From the human T2T-CHM13v2.0 reference genome, Homo sapiens: 64,000 nt of DNA. How positions within the stretch are numbered: position 1 is the first letter of the stretch; every line of letters starts with the position of its first letter. Below are positions 31,127-47,349 of the stretch, in pieces. Both the position numbers and the translations under genes were made by a program. The stretch is taken from the NCBI RefSeq assembly GCF_009914755.1, contig NC_060936.1; one strand, 5' to 3'. Under the pieces are notes generated by a model. The model had not been told where the DNA came from, made no database searches, and worked only from the letters and a program-made list of their open reading frames with translations.

Positions 31127-31555
31127 GGATGGTTAGTTTTATGTGTCAACTTGACTGGGTCATAGGGTACCCAGATATTTGGTCAAACATTATTCTGGGT
31201 GTGTTTGTGAGGATGTTACTGAATTAGGTTAGCATTTGAGTTGGTAAACTGACTAAAGCAGATTGTTCCCCCTAATGTGTGTGGCCCTCATCCAATCAGT
31301 TGAAGGCCTGATCCAACAAAAAGGTGGAGGGAACTCCTCCTCCCTGGCTGCTTGAGATGGAACATTGGTCTTTTCCTGCCTTGACCTTGAACTGAAACAT
31401 ACTCTGCTTGGGGCTCCAGCCTGCCAGCTTTTAGACCATCAGCTCTCTAAGGTTCCCAGTTTGCTGACTGCAGATCTTGAAACTGCTCAGCTTCCATAAT
31501 CATGTGAGCCGTGCATATATAAGTATACAACCTATGGTTCTCTGGAGAACTCTAC
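31127..31555 (+). mobile_element. MLT2 (ERVL) LTR
   Basis: gatggttagttttatgtgtcaacttgactggg...cccagatatttggtcaaacattattctgggtgtg...catccaatcagttgaaggcctga. Confidence 0.88.
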
Positions 31556-31576
31556 ACCAAACCTTGATAATTCTTT

Positions 31577-31859
31577 CCTTTTCTTTTTATTTTGGAGACA
31601 GGGGCTCACTCTCACCCAGGCTGTAGTGCAGTGGTGTGTTCACAGCTGACTATAGCCTCAACCTTCTGGGCTCCAGTGATCCTCCCACCTCAGCCTCCCA
31701 AGTAGCTGGGACTACAAGCGGGCACCACCATGCCTGGCTAATTTTTAAAATTATTGTTTGTAGAGATGGAGTCTTACTATATTGCCCAGGCTGGTCTCAA
31801 ACTGCTGGGCTCAAGTGATCCTCCTGCCTCAGCCTCCCAAAGTGCTGGGATTACAGGCC
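31577..31859 (-). mobile_element. AluJ
   Basis: Reverse Alu with ctgggctcaagtgatcctcc; TSD aaccttgat(a/c)attcttt at 31560-31576 and 31860-31876. Confidence 0.92.
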
Positions 31860-31885
31860 AACCTTGATCATTCTTTTTAGCCTCT

Positions 31886-32044
31886 CACTACTCAAAGTGT
31901 GACCCTGGACTGGCAGCATTGACCTCACCTGAGAGCTATTAGAAATGCAGAATCTCAGGCCCCACCCAAGACCTACTGAATCAGAATCTGCATTTTGACA
32001 AGATCCCCAGGTGACTTGTATGCACATTACATTTGAGAAGTACT
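31886..32044. mobile_element. MER5A
   Basis: ctcaaagtgtgacc...ttagaaatgcagaatctcaggccccaccc...gaatcagaatctgcattttgacaagatccccaggtga. Confidence 0.88.
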
Positions 32045-33739
32045 TCTTTAGACTATTTTGAAGTCTTTGCCTATAATTTGTGTTACTAGAGTACAAAAGA
32101 ACCTTATAATTATTTGACATTAATACTTCAAGGGAGGCACAATAGGGAGATTGTAACAAAGGTTTTTTTTTTTAGAATTTTGCATAATATTTGATGAATA
32201 ATTTTGGAATGACAAGAGGAAAATTACCTTTGAAATTTATATTCCTGGAAAATTTTAAGGTTTACCAATTTCCAAATAATAATATACTACAATTGACATC
32301 TGGTTATTCTGTAGCAATAACAAGCAGATTTCTATAATTAACATTACAAATAAACCTTGTAGATACCACTGTGAACACCTTCAAACATTTTAACATTGAT
32401 TAAGAGTGGATTGCACAACTGGCCTGTGATACACTGTGGCTAATAGTAATAGTAATATCTTGAATTTTCTCATGCAAAGAATAACATTAATATAGCACTT
32501 TAGAATTTTCAAATAAAGTTCACATACATCAATAGCCTATAAGATTCTTTCGATAAGCTTGTGAGATAGCTATAGGACATTTCTTCTGAAATACTTTTAT
32601 AATTATTACTTTTCTTATATATTTACCTTTTTCAAGTCAGAAAAGCCAGTTTAAATTTAAATTTAATAAATATATTTTTTGATACTGGCTCAATTTTATT
32701 ATTTTCAATTATTATTAGTACCACTCCTATTGCTCAAGCAAGACTAGATTTTGTTGTTGACTGAGTTTTCCTCTTATTTATATTTTTTGTGGCAAAGAAA
32801 TCAAGCACTATTGCTTCTTTCCTTGGCAGCCCACTTGCCTCCTTTCTGAGTGCAACAGGGAAATGGCCACGTGTAATTCATTTGACAGCCTCTGCTTTTT
32901 GTTTCCGAGGAAGTAACTCTACTTAGTTATCATCACCCAAAAGTGTCTTGCTGTTGGGCAGAGATGAAGTTGCTATTGTATCTGCATGTCTAAGGTAGGA
33001 TTTAATTGTGAGAGAAGAAGATATCCTATCACACTGAAATTTTATCTTGCCCAAGGGACATTTAGGCATGGGAGGTTAGCCAAGAGATATCAAGAGAGCA
33101 GCTGATGCAGCTGAGACTGGATCTCAGTCCTGGAGAATTGGGCTGCTGGTGCTTAGAGGAGTGAAGAGGACTACAGGGTACTTGTCTTTTGGTTTAGATA
33201 AGACAATATTTTACTCTGAATACAGGAAATAAACTGCCAGTTTTGAATATTGCATTATAATAACTTGGTGTATTTGAAAGACAGTAATGTAAGAAATGAG
33301 AAAATTGCTTTCTAGTAGTTATTCCACTTCACAGACACATTTATAGAATTTTCAGACAATGTGTTAAGAGGAAAGATGATTTGAGGATATAGAAGTATCA
33401 CTTCTATGAGATCAAACTTAAAACTGTTTTTACTATATTATGTGAACAACATCCAGTTTTTTTTTTTTAAGATTTGAAATTCCCTGGTTGGGTTAAAAAA
33501 ATAATTCATAAATGTAAGATTGGGTGAACAATTAGGCTGATTAGTCAAAATACATATTTCTTTCTAAAACTAATTAACTGTTCACAAGAATATAATATAA
33601 TGAAAAAGACTTTGTTTCTAAGAATTCAAAGCCATAAAAGTAAAGGGCAAAGAGACAAGGAGAGGTGATGTAGAAAAATGGACTCATTCCATGCATAATT
33701 AAACAAAATTAACTCTTTCATGAAGATTCAAGATTGCTA

Positions 33740-34760
33740 ATTAATACTAAAACTTCAACTTTTCAACATTTGCCATTGCAATCACTTAGCTTCTATCATA
33801 CTCCCTCTAATCTCTCTCTCAAGAGGTTTCTTTCTTCCTGCCTTCAAACAAGCAGTTTGCTCTATCTTGACACAAGAGAACAAAACAAAAAAAATTTCTA
33901 GCTAGGCCTCACTATTCCCCCAAGGCACCACTTTGTATTTATTGTTCACTCCTTTCCTGCCAAAATTCTCTTTCCAAAGTCACTGCCACACTCTTCGTTC
34001 TTAAAATATTTAACATAAGGAAAAGCACTGAGCATATAGCTGGTACTCCGATATTTGTACCTTTTTTCCTTGTATAAATTCCAAGGGTTTATTTCCAGAG
34101 TCTTTGGCTCCTTTGATCTCTCCATAGTAGTTAATACTCTTTACTTCCAGTTGAATTTCCCCCTTCCGGTTTTCCATGGTTTCTCTCTGTTCAGATTTCT
34201 GTGTTACACTGGCATTTGTCTCCATTTGTAAGTCACACACCACACTGTTCTCTCTTTGACCACACTTGCCTTGACTTCTTTGATGACTTATCTTTTTCTT
34301 CCCACTCTTTCCCCTTGATGAGCTCATCCACAAGGCTACAACCCATGCTCTAAGATGCAAAAGACTCCCAACTCTGTATTGTAACTACTAATCTCCTTAC
34401 CAAACAAAGTCAAATTGTCTGTTAGATATTTCCACTCAGATGTCCTACTGTTAGCACAAAACCAATATTTTTCAAATTCGATTAATTATATTTGATGCTA
34501 AACCAGCTGCATTAACTCCCACTTCCTCTTGGCATCAGTATTATTCTCATCACTTAAAGTCAAAACTCCTGTTTTTTGCTTGATTTTTTTCCCTTTTTTA
34601 TTTTTTGGTTTATTAAGAAGCCTAATCAATCTCTAGATTCAGTAAGGCTTTTCTTAGAAAATGTCTCTAGTTGCTATTCCATCGTTTTCATAATTTCTAT
34701 AGCCAACACAAATATTACAATCTTTTTCCATGTCTTTATGGATCACAATGATGCTCACTT
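33740..34760 (+). mobile_element. Degraded L2 fragments
   Basis: Pyrimidine-rich L2 body motifs (gatgagctcatccac..., gactcccaactctgtat..., gatatttccactcagatgtcc). Confidence 0.5.
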
Positions 34761-35419
34761 GGCAAATAGGAGACACATTTCAGTTTTATTAATCTGTGCA
34801 TAGAAGAGTATCCCACTAGAGTTTAGCTTTTTTAAAAAAAATTTCTCTCAAGAGACGTGCCAAAAACTTGCTTTGGAATCAAAAAAGGTATCCTCAACCT
34901 TCATCATCCCCCAAAGATATAGGGGTTCTTTCATAGTAGGGTAAAACCACCTTTGGTTGACAGAGGCCTACATTCCTCAGAAGAGTAACAACCTTGTGTT
35001 TGGAGAATATAAAATGAAAAGATCCCCAACAACCTGGGGAGGGAAAGGGAAAGTGGTCTCTGAGTGGCTCACACTGAACCAATCCAGACCCCAAAGAACT
35101 GAAAGCCAAGAGCTACAGCATTGGAAACTCAAGTAAGGGGTACCCTTGCCCTTGTGTTAGCACTGAGGGAACGGGCTCCTGCTTCCATGCTGAACGACCA
35201 TAGCCTGGAGCTGGGTTATCAGGTCATTATTTCAGAAATGGGTTGGCATTGACTTTTGAGTTTTATAGAACCCAACTTCCATAGTTCCAACCACACAGTA
35301 ACAAGAACCACAGTGTACTAGAGTCCAGTGTTCACCCTTATTGGATGTGCAAATTGGGCTTCGTGGATGCTGAGGGTTTTAGTTGATGAAAGGAGGGTTC
35401 TCAAGAAGAATATACGTGA

Positions 35420-35799
<380 letters not shown>

Positions 35800-35842
35800 A
35801 AGGCATTTTATACTAATTTCATATGCAAGCATACTATAATTT

Positions 35843-35968
35843 ATAGGATATCACAGGTTTACTCAGGATAATCTCAGTTTAAACCTGTTATCCTGGTGTA
35901 ATTTTGAATAGTTTTCTCTTTATCTTCAATGGTTTCCTAGTTTGGGTGATGTATTATGTGATTTCCCT
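35843..35968. mobile_element. MER94-like (hAT-Blackjack) MITE
   Basis: ggtttactcaggataatctcagtttaaacctgttatcctggtgtaatt...tcctagtttgggtgatgtattatgtgatttccct. Confidence 0.55.
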
Positions 35969-36654
35969 TCCTATAAATCCAAAATTCTGAGGTATTGGTT
36001 TGAGGAGGGGCCTCTTACCTCCCATATGAATTAATATTGGGACTTTGGTCCTCAGACACACACAAAAACTATGCATTTTTTGAAATACTTGACCAATCAG
36101 CTTTCCCACAAAGACCACAGGCTGCCTAGTATGTCCATTTTTATATAAACTAGAGAAGAGAGTTGTAGGCTTCCTCTACCCCTCCACCTTCCCCTCAGTG
36201 GGCAGGATGTGCAATGTCTGCTCTGCTGTGCATATTCCACAGAAACAAGAGGGACAGGATAGTTCTTTAGTGAAGGAATAGAATTCAGGCTTACTAGCAA
36301 GACAAAGCTCAGTGAATCTCAGACACTGATCAATTGGAATAGCTTCTCTCTTTTGGGTGCATGCAAGAATGTTGCTTTTAACTCTTTTTTTTTTTTTTAA
36401 TAGGAGAGAAAACTCTTACATGGACAACTCCCAAAATGAATGGTGTGACTTCTTCAGCCTATGGTTTTCTAATTGGTCTCTTTGTTCCCCACATATCTCT
36501 TCTTTAGTACATTTTACACTTGATCACTGCAAAACACAAACATGAATTCAGATTGAACTTTCAAGGCCCATTACTATCTGGACTCTGACTCTGAATTTAA
36601 CTTCATCTTTTTAGTTTTTTTATGTCCAGGTCAAGTATTAACTTCCTTCATTAC

Positions 36655-36815
36655 AGAGCAATCTCAAATGTAATGGGCAATATGAATGATCCTGGGATCC
36701 ACTGAAAATGAAGATTCTGATCCACGGGTCTGGGTTGGGTCCAAGATTCTGCATTTCTAACCAGCTTCCAGGTGATGTATGTATTGCTGCTCCTCTGGGC
36801 CACATTTTTAGTATC
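36655..36815. mobile_element. MER5A
   Basis: aaaatgaagattctgatc...ggtctgggttgggtccaagattctgcatttctaaccagcttccaggtgatg. Confidence 0.8.
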
Positions 36816-38108
36816 AATACTCTGTAAGGCCTAGTTAAACGTCTCAAGCTCAGTTTAGACCTTTTTCTTCAGGACGTCCAAATTAAGAGTTGCAAAATTG
36901 TCTTTGATTGTTCTTAATGACAGACTACTCATTTTGAAGCATATAATCTCTAGGAGTCCTATTTAAGTGTTTCATTATCATATGCTGTCATCCCATGTAG
37001 ATAGAAACTCTTTTAGTGCAGGCATGGTTTTCTATAACTTTTGCAGTCTTCTGTAGTGGGGTTACACTGCCTTGCACGTGGTAGATCAACAATAAATATT
37101 CTGATTATTCTTGAGAGGTGACTTCCAACTGTTCTATCACATGAGATCCTGAGATACATTTAAGTGTACAGTTTGGCAACACGCAAATATTTTAAGCAAA
37201 TTATAAAATATATTGAAGTTAGAAAATCTGACCCATCTGAAGAAAATACTTATTTAAATTATGAAGTTACAATGACAAAGCAAGAAGTAAAGTTCTTTGC
37301 ATATTAAAGGTGTTATAAATCTCAATAGATTTCAAGAACTAGGTTAGGGAAGAATATGTAATATTGGTTTGATTATACTAGTTCTGGAAAACACACAAAT
37401 CACAAAATTATTGGTTATCATCCTGAAAATTATTTCTAAACTCATTTATGTAAAATTCATTTATTGGCCACAAGTATAATAAACTGTTGTGGGTAGAGTA
37501 TATCCTCACAGTGAGTTCCTATTAAAGAGTTTTGAAGCATTTCAAAAGATAGACGGTCTACAGAAATAACATGCTGTAAACACTCTTCAGAACTTTAAAA
37601 CAGAGTTGGAAACCTCCCACAGACATCAGGATGTAACAGCCTGTAGAAAGGCTGGTGGAAATTTTAGCAAAATAAAGGAATAAAATGGTCATAAATCTTG
37701 ACTAAAGACTTTGAATCTCAGTTTTCAAATGAATATATTGATTGAGTCATCTCTTAAAGTTCTCAAAGGAAGTCTTATGTTCCTGAGTAAATTTTATGGA
37801 TATAGATGTTTCAAAATATGTGCTTTGCCAAGGGTTTGCACTTGCCTTCAGTGGAGCAAATATATGTCTGCAATAACTTTAACCTTTTCCTCATGAAAAT
37901 CTCATCACTTCTTTAGGATCTCATGGTTCAGGAAAGAAATTGAAAGGACCAAATATTTTCTTACCTTTACCTCATTTTCTATGGGATTTTTATCCAATTT
38001 TGCTTCATTTTCAAATTAATGAAATATTATTTGGGCATTCCCCACTTATATTCTTTTTGGTAGCATTGTTAAGAAAGAAATGGTTCTTATACAAACGTTC
38101 TTAAGATG

Positions 38109-40529
38109 TGTCTTACTCTGTTTTGTGTTGTTATAACAGAATACCACAAACTGGGCCATTTATAAAAAATAGAAATTAAATTCTCACAGTTTTGGAGGAT
38201 GGGAAGTCTAATATCAAGGTGGCAATATCTGGCAAGGGCCCTCTGGCAGCATCATCTCAGGCAGAAGGCTGAGGGGCAAGAGAACACAAGCGTGAGAGAG
38301 AAGAAAGGGGCCAAACTCATCCTTTTATCAGAAATCCCCTCCAATGATAACGAACATATTCCCTCAATAATGGCATTAGTTCATTGAGAAGGGCAGAGCC
38401 CTCTTGGTCTAATCACCTCTTAAAGGTCCCACCTGTTGACACTGTTGCACTGGGGATTAAGTTTCTAACACATAAACTTTGGGGGATACATTCGAATAAC
38501 AGCATTCCATCCCTGGCCCCTAAAATTCATTTCCTTCTCACATGCAAAATACACTTATTCCACCTCAACAGCCCCAAAACCTTAATTAATTCCAGCATTA
38601 ACTCAAAAGCCTATAGTCTGGAGTCTCATCTGAGTCAGATACGCGTGAGACTAAAGGCAAGATTCATCCTGAGGCAAATTTCTCTCCAGCTGTGAACCTG
38701 TGAAACTAACATTACATATGCTTCCAAAATACAATGGTGAAGCAGGCATAGGATAGACACTTACATTCCAAAAGGGAAAAATAGGCACAAAGAAAGGGGT
38801 AACTGGTCCCAAGTATACCTAAAACCTATTGGGGAAAATACTATTGTCTCAAAGATGGATAACAGTCTCCTTTGACCCCATGTCCTGCATCCTGGCACGC
38901 TAGGGCAGGGTTTGTACCCCAAGACCTCAGGCAGTCCTGCCCCTATGGCTTAGCTGGGCTCAGTTAATGCAGCAACCCTCATGGGCTGGAGTCTCATGCA
39001 TGCAGCTCTCCCAGTCTGGAGTTGCAGATTGGCAGCTCTATAGTTCTGGGGTCTCTGAAGTGGCCTGTCTCCTACAGCTCCACAAGGCCTTGCCCTAGTG
39101 GGGACTTTCTGCAGTGGCTTTACCTCTGTGACAAGTTTCTGCCAAGACCCTCAGATTGTCTAATACATCCTTTGAAACCTAAGTGGAGGTCACTTTGGTG
39201 CCACAGCCTGCATAGTTGTCATGTTTGCAGAGTCAGCATCATGTGGACACTGACAAGGCTTACTGCTTGTGCCCTCTGGAGCTGCAGCATGAGCCACACT
39301 TGGCCTGCTTGGACCACAGCTAGGGTAACCAAAGGGAGTTGTGCCAGAATTCAGGGAGCAGAGTCCCAAAGTAGCATAGGGTAGCAAATGCTGAGGTCCC
39401 AAGACACCTCTCTGGAAACCTTGCCCTCCTAAGTTGTCTCGAAGATCTCTGAAATGCCTTCAGGGTCATTCTCCCATTGTGTTGATGAATAGAACCTAGG
39501 TTTCTTCTATTCATATTAACCTCTTTAACAAAAGGTAGCTTGGTCATGGTCTCAGCATTCCCTCCCAAACATTCTTTTTCATTCTTTACATGGCCAGCCT
39601 GATAGTTTTCCAAATCTTTCTGTTCTGCTTCCATTTTAATTATAAATTCCATATTTCAATTTCTCTCTTTCCTCATTTTATTGTGCACAGCTACAAGAAG
39701 CCACACAGCACCTAGAACACTCTGCTGTTTAGACATTTCTATGGCCAAATATCCCAGTTCATTGCTCTTAAGCTCTGCCTTCTACAAAGTCCTAGGACAC
39801 AGACACAATTCTGCCAAATTCTTTACAACTATATTACAAGGATGGCCTTTCCTCCAGTTTCCAATATGTCATTCCTCATTTATTTCTAAGATCTCATCTG
39901 AAAGGCTTTTACTCCCCATGTTTCTACTGGCATTCTAGTCATGACCACTTAATTAATCTCTAATAAATTTCAGAATTTCCTTATAGCTCTCCTATTCTGA
40001 TCCCTCACTAGAATTGCCATTAACACTCCATTTACAGCAATCTAGGCTTTTTTCTAGCCTGCTCCTCCAAATTCTTTCAGTCTGTACCCATTACCCAGTT
40101 CCACATATTCAAATATTTATCATAGCAACAGCCTCACTTCTCAGTACCAATTTTCTGTCTTAGTTCATGTTGTGTTGCTATAACTAAATACCACAGACTA
40201 GGTAATTTATAAAAAAAAGAAATTTATGTCAGTTATTGGAGGTTGAGAAGCCCACTATCAAGGTATCAGCATCGTGTGAGGGCCTTCTTGCTGTATCATC
40301 TTAAGGCAGAAGGCAGAAGTGCAAGGGAGCACAAGTGTGAGAGAGAGAAAAGGATCTAAATTGATTCTCTTATCAAGAACCCACTCCTGTAATAACTAAC
40401 CCACTCCCACAATAATAGCTTTGCCTTCATGACTGAATCTCCTCTTAAAGGTCTCGCCTTTCAACAATGTTGCATTAGAGATTAAGTTTCCAGCAGAAGA
40501 ACTTTGGGATACATATTTAAACCATAGAA
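38109..40529 (-). mobile_element. Complete MaLR provirus (MSTD-like): 3' LTR 38109-38504, internal 38505-40155, 5' LTR 40156-40529
   Basis: Two similar LTRs (tgtctta...aacagca / tgtcttag...accatagaa) flank a ~1.65-kb MST-internal region. On the minus strand it starts gaaaattggtactgag and ends at the polypurine tract ccagggatggaa. Confidence 0.9.
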
Positions 40530-43444
40530 AGCTATTAGTGCAATTTTCTTATAAAGGATATAATTATTTATCTTTACCAGCCCCAGTAGCTGACATTGTA
40601 ACTGGATACTGCTTACAATTAAGGGTGGGGACTTAAATAAGCTTTGATTCTTAGGTTGATTAATGATAATTGGTATTAACATAGGACAAACACAGTTGTT
40701 TGACACAAGTAGTAAGTACCCCCTTTTTGGGTACGACTCTTGATAGAGCTGATAATGAAACTGGCTTTGTAAGTGCTTACAACTTCAACAAGTTTATAAA
40801 TTACCAGGAAAACCTCCTAGTCTGCAAAACATCAAGGAGACAGACATTAGCATTTCACATCTGCTCTTCTGTGACAGTTATTATAGGAGCTGAGATATGA
40901 CTCTGCATTTCACATCACATGATTCTGTTTCCATCCATTCTTGCAGTGTCTTGGATTGTGGATTGCGGCTTGAGTCAGTGTTTATGCAGAAGAGTTACAC
41001 AGTGAACAAAATGTCAGGGGGTCCAAAATGAAGTGCCACAATTTGTCACAGAGTTGGGGTCCTAACTGAGCTAAATTATAGACTCTTTTTAGTAAACAGA
41101 AAATAATTTTTGAGAGTAGAAAATCAAACTAAACCTCTGCACACACATACTGTCTCTCATACACACGTATACATACTTTTGATACTATTTGGGGGCCAAT
41201 AAGGAAGCATTTAAATAATGCTTTTTAATGATTTTAATGAAACATATGCAGATCAGAAATATGATAGCTCATTCTTATCAAACATGTAGAGTGAACACTT
41301 ACATGTACATTTTAATATATTAGGAGCTCGGAGGTTTAAGTTTTTACTCAGTAACTCAGAGTTAAAATATAGATTAAAATACCTTTATATATGTATGTGT
41401 GTATAAAATTTGATATACATAACACACATATATATATTACATAAAACGTAATATGTTTTGAATATTTGGGGATTATATTCATTGACAAGTAGCTTTAGGT
41501 TAGATGAGATTATGGAGAAAAGCTGTCTTCATGCTATTTTTAATGAGTTATTTTAGCACTTAGTACCTATTTGCCCATTATCCACATTATTTGTAATATG
41601 TTGACTTTGCTATGTTTGAACTTCCAACATCTACAGAAGGGGGGCATTCTACGAGTGGAGTAAACAAATCAATAAGTCGGTCTGTGTTAAGTTTTTAGTT
41701 CCCAAAGGTACCTTGCCAAAAGCATTAATGGAAGCCCATAACCAATAGTTGGAAGCTAATGAAATCTCTCCCCAGCTGGCCCTTTCCAATCCCTTAGTAA
41801 GAGAAAAAGGTACGCTCTTGTTACTATGCTTGATGGAATGAAAAGTAAAATTGTACACTCTATCCACCACTAGTTACTACGAGAGTTCAGGACTGTTCCT
41901 TCTCTCTTTTTATTCCATGTAACTTCCCATTTAAAACTAGGAACTTTGAATGCATGGAAATAAACAGAATTTTCTTCAGAGGAGAAATTTTATGAAGAAC
42001 TGTTGATCTGAGGCACAAAATTCTCATGTTTATGAATTTTTCACATATTCAATTAGACTCCCTACAGGGCTGAATGAGGGGTGATACTAGCTTTCCATTT
42101 ATAATATTTTATACTTATTCATTGGCTCTATATCCACTGATAAGGATAATTCAGTGGATAATTCCTCTTCCTATATATTGAGCTACTGAAGTAGAAATTC
42201 CCCTACCTAATTCTGGATTCCTGAAAGAAAGTGGAACAACAGTCTTTTCTTGGAGTCTCTACCTAGCAAGTCCCTCTTGAATTTTTATTTGTACTGTCTC
42301 TGTGTGGCAAGAAATGCTTCCCTTTTTCTAACTTTATCTTTTCTCTGTATCATCAAGCCCGTGAAAAAAATTATTCTCCATTCCATTTTATTTTTATGCT
42401 AATTCTCCTATTTTTGCTGGTTTTTCCCAATAGATAAGAAATCTGTGTAAGGGTTGACCAACCACTAACTTTTTTTTTCTGTCTACAACTAGAAAATCAG
42501 GATTGTCCTAACAGAAACAAGGCAGCTAGTTTGAAGAAATTGGATATACTCAGCTTGTTTTTATTCTATATTTATTGGTTATTTATGGGAATATATGTCT
42601 GCCAGGGAATTCCAAGTCACAAAGCTTAAGGCAGGTGCCAACCTCCTCTTATTTCATTACCTCAGTTTGATGTCAGAGGTAGGGATTTTTGTAGAATTTT
42701 TAGACCATAGCATGGATTACTGTGATCAGCATTCATATAAATTTAGTATAAGAAAGGGCATTTTGATAGATTAAAAAATCATGAAAATAGGTAAAAGTGA
42801 TTTAATGCTAAAAAAGATAATAATCTGGATATATTGTGGTTTCAAACACTAGATATATTGTCTGTCTGTATTGTGTGCACTCTATGTTTTGTAGAGGTTT
42901 GTAATTCTACTGTCATAGTTTACAATACAGAAAAGTATAAATCTGCTGCTACTGGTGTTCATTCAATCGAGTACCTCTAAGGAGTCCACACAACTGCTTA
43001 TAGCTCTTAAACTTGTCCTTATTGAAGATTCTTGGTGCTGCTGCTCTCTAGATCAACAGTAAGCGTTGTCATGAAGCCTTTGGGAGAGAAAGAAATGTAA
43101 TTCTGAGCACTGATGAGAACAGAAATGCAGGAATCACAGCTGGCCAGTCTCATTTTCTTCTGGGTTACCAAGGCTATAAACAAGGGAGAGTGGGAATGGC
43201 CTGGAAATCAATTTGCAGAATATTTAAAAGGTCACCGTGGTCCAGAGTAGTGTGCTGCATTACTTGGAATGTATGATGTGAACAAACGTGTATGCCATAT
43301 CTCTAATGACAACAATTGTGATACAAGAGAGGAACACGGTGCCCGTCTCCTGCTAATGGTTTTAGAATAGACTGAAACATATTTTCAGGACTCTAATTTA
43401 AGCTCACCTTATACCATGTTTTTGGGTAACTTATTTTGTAGCGA

Positions 43445-43650
43445 TTTTATTTATCTATTCTTCTTTAAACTCTTTATTTTGTAAAAGTTTTAAACCTGTG
43501 GGAAAGTTACAAGTCTATTACAATTCACCTATATTCACCTCTCACTAACATTTAGTCACATTTGTATCCTCTCTCCTCATATATATTTATAAATGTATAC
43601 ATGTTCACAGACATACATATGTAGACACACACATTCTTTTTAAAAAATAT
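43445..43650 (-). mobile_element. Old L1M (L1MC-like) 3' fragment
   Basis: tttattttgtaaaagttttaaacctgtgggaaagttaca...attcacc...taacatttagtcacatttg. Confidence 0.55.
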
Positions 43651-43659
43651 TTTTAATTT

Positions 43660-43947
43660 AGCCGGGCGCGGTAGCTCACACCTGTAATCACAGAACTTTG
43701 GGAGGTCAAGGCAGGCAGATCACATGAGGTCAGGAGTTCGAGACCAACCTGGCCAACATGGCAAAACCCCGTCTCTACTAAAAATACAAAAATTAGCTGG
43801 GCATGGTGGCACATGCCAGTAATCCTAGCTACTTGGGAGGCTGAGGCACAAGAATAGCTTGAACCCAGGAGGCGGAGGTTGCAGTGAGCAGAGATTGTGC
43901 CACTGCACTGCAGCTTGGCTGACAGAGCAAGACTCTGTCTCAGAAAA

Positions 43948-43990
<43 letters not shown>

Positions 43991-43991
43991 A
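43660..43991 (+). mobile_element. AluS (Sx/Sz-like) with (AAAT)n tail
   Basis: Full dimer followed by a tetranucleotide tail. Confidence 0.93.
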
Positions 43992-44009
43992 TTTAAAACT
44001 TTTAAAAAC

Positions 44010-44124
44010 CTTCTTGTAGAGATGAAATCTCACTATGTTGCCCAGGCTGATCTCAAACTCCTAGCCTCAAGCAATCAACGTTTTAAAGCACTGGGATTAT
44101 AGGTGTGACCCACTGGGCCTGGCC
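44010..44124 (-). mobile_element. FLAM / AluJ left monomer
   Basis: gtagagatgaaatctcactatgttgcccaggctg...gggattataggtgtgacccactgggcctggcc. Confidence 0.85.
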
Positions 44125-44169
44125 TCTTATATAAAAATTTATTTTTTACCCATGTCAGTGTAAGTTTAG

Positions 44170-44473
<304 letters not shown>

Positions 44474-45780
44474 TTTCAAAGACAGGTAGTAATCTAGTCT
44501 TAAGATTTTTCTGATTGGAAAATTTACCTTTTCATTATTTTTTTCCAGGGGATCAACTTCATAATGAAACAGCCTCAGATGTCGGTCTGTAATGGACACT
44601 CTCCACATAAAGGCCTCCTTGTTACTCACAGCAACCTCCTTTCCAATTACTCTTACATGCCCTTTCTTTTCATCATCTTTCTTTACTTTTTGTTCTCTTT
44701 ACATTTTTCCTTCACAATTGATATTTTAAAAAGCCACTTACTGCCATTCTCTGTTCACCTAAACAACTTAATTACATTTCTGGGAGTTGCTTGGCATTTT
44801 TAAGTATACATGCCTGAAAAAAAGCAATCTAGGTGACATTTTGTAGCTTGGTGATGACTATTATTTCCTCCAGGCTTGGTAGGAGATTTCAAACTTTAAG
44901 ATCTTTCCAGAGTTAGTTCAGTAGCTGATGTAGTTATTAACATTGCAGTTATTTGAAAAAACACAGGCAAAACAAATACTGATAATTTACTCTTAGAAAG
45001 CCTTTTCTCTTGTCGGTAACAGCACCTGATGCTTTGGCTGGCAACTCCGAACTCTTTTAGGATATTTTCCTGAAGCCCTCCTCTATTAAGTAGAGAAATT
45101 CCACTGATCCCAAGGAAGTCTCAGGGAAAAAAAATGCAATTTAGTAGTCTATTGCAGAACTTTTCAAAAGCAATTGCCAAATAGAGGCAGGGTCTCATAC
45201 TATAAAAAGAGCTTATCCCTGAATGATCCTCCCTCAAGGGTCCAAGTTAGTAGCCTGAAATCAATTTAAGCAGCTGAAAGGATGAAAGAAGATTTCATGG
45301 TCTAGGGTGTCTTATTTTGAGTGCTCTGGTTGGGGTTTTCTTTGGCCGCTTGACTAGAGGCAAAGATTAGTGACACAATGCTGGCTTTCAGTCATCTAGC
45401 CTTCTATGCCTGTGGAACGAAGCTGAGGCTGTGGAAACTAGGGGTCCTGTTAATGTCTAGGTTTAGATGGGCAGGACTTTCATTGTTACATTCACACCAA
45501 GTCATTAAGAACAGCACTTGCCTTTTTAAGAATAACCAGGCTCTTCTTTCCTCTAAAAGCAGTGACAGGAAGAAGAATAGCCTCTTTGGAAGGCAAATTG
45601 GGCTCATTTGTGTAGCCAGAAAAAAACAAAGTTTTGATTAGTTTTTTCTTAGGCCTTGAATCTGGTGGTTTGGTTTGAGAAAAAAGGCAAACATCTTTCT
45701 CTCCCACCCTGAGATTTTCCTGCAATGTAATATAGTAAATGAACTCTTCACAACCATATTCATAACTAAGGTGCCCTTAG

Positions 45781-46090
<310 letters not shown>

Positions 46091-46333
46091 GATAGTTTTC
46101 TTTTTTCTGATCAAGTAAGTAGGAATAGGTAAAAATAAAAATAAAAATAAACTACATGCGATTTTTCCATAGTTTTTTAGGGAAAAGGATTTTCTAAAAA
46201 TTCAGCCATTTTCTAAGTTGTTTTCTTGATGGAGCCACACCACATTGGTATGTTGTAATAGGTTCCTTTTGAAAACAAAGTAACTCTCAAGATTCTTAAT
46301 ATTTAATTGCAGGGGCCTGGCGCATGACAGGAC

Positions 46334-47349
<1,016 letters not shown>

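Noticed and set aside
39022-39938. ORFs within the MST internal region
   Set aside because: Short broken remnants; no intact MaLR ORF.
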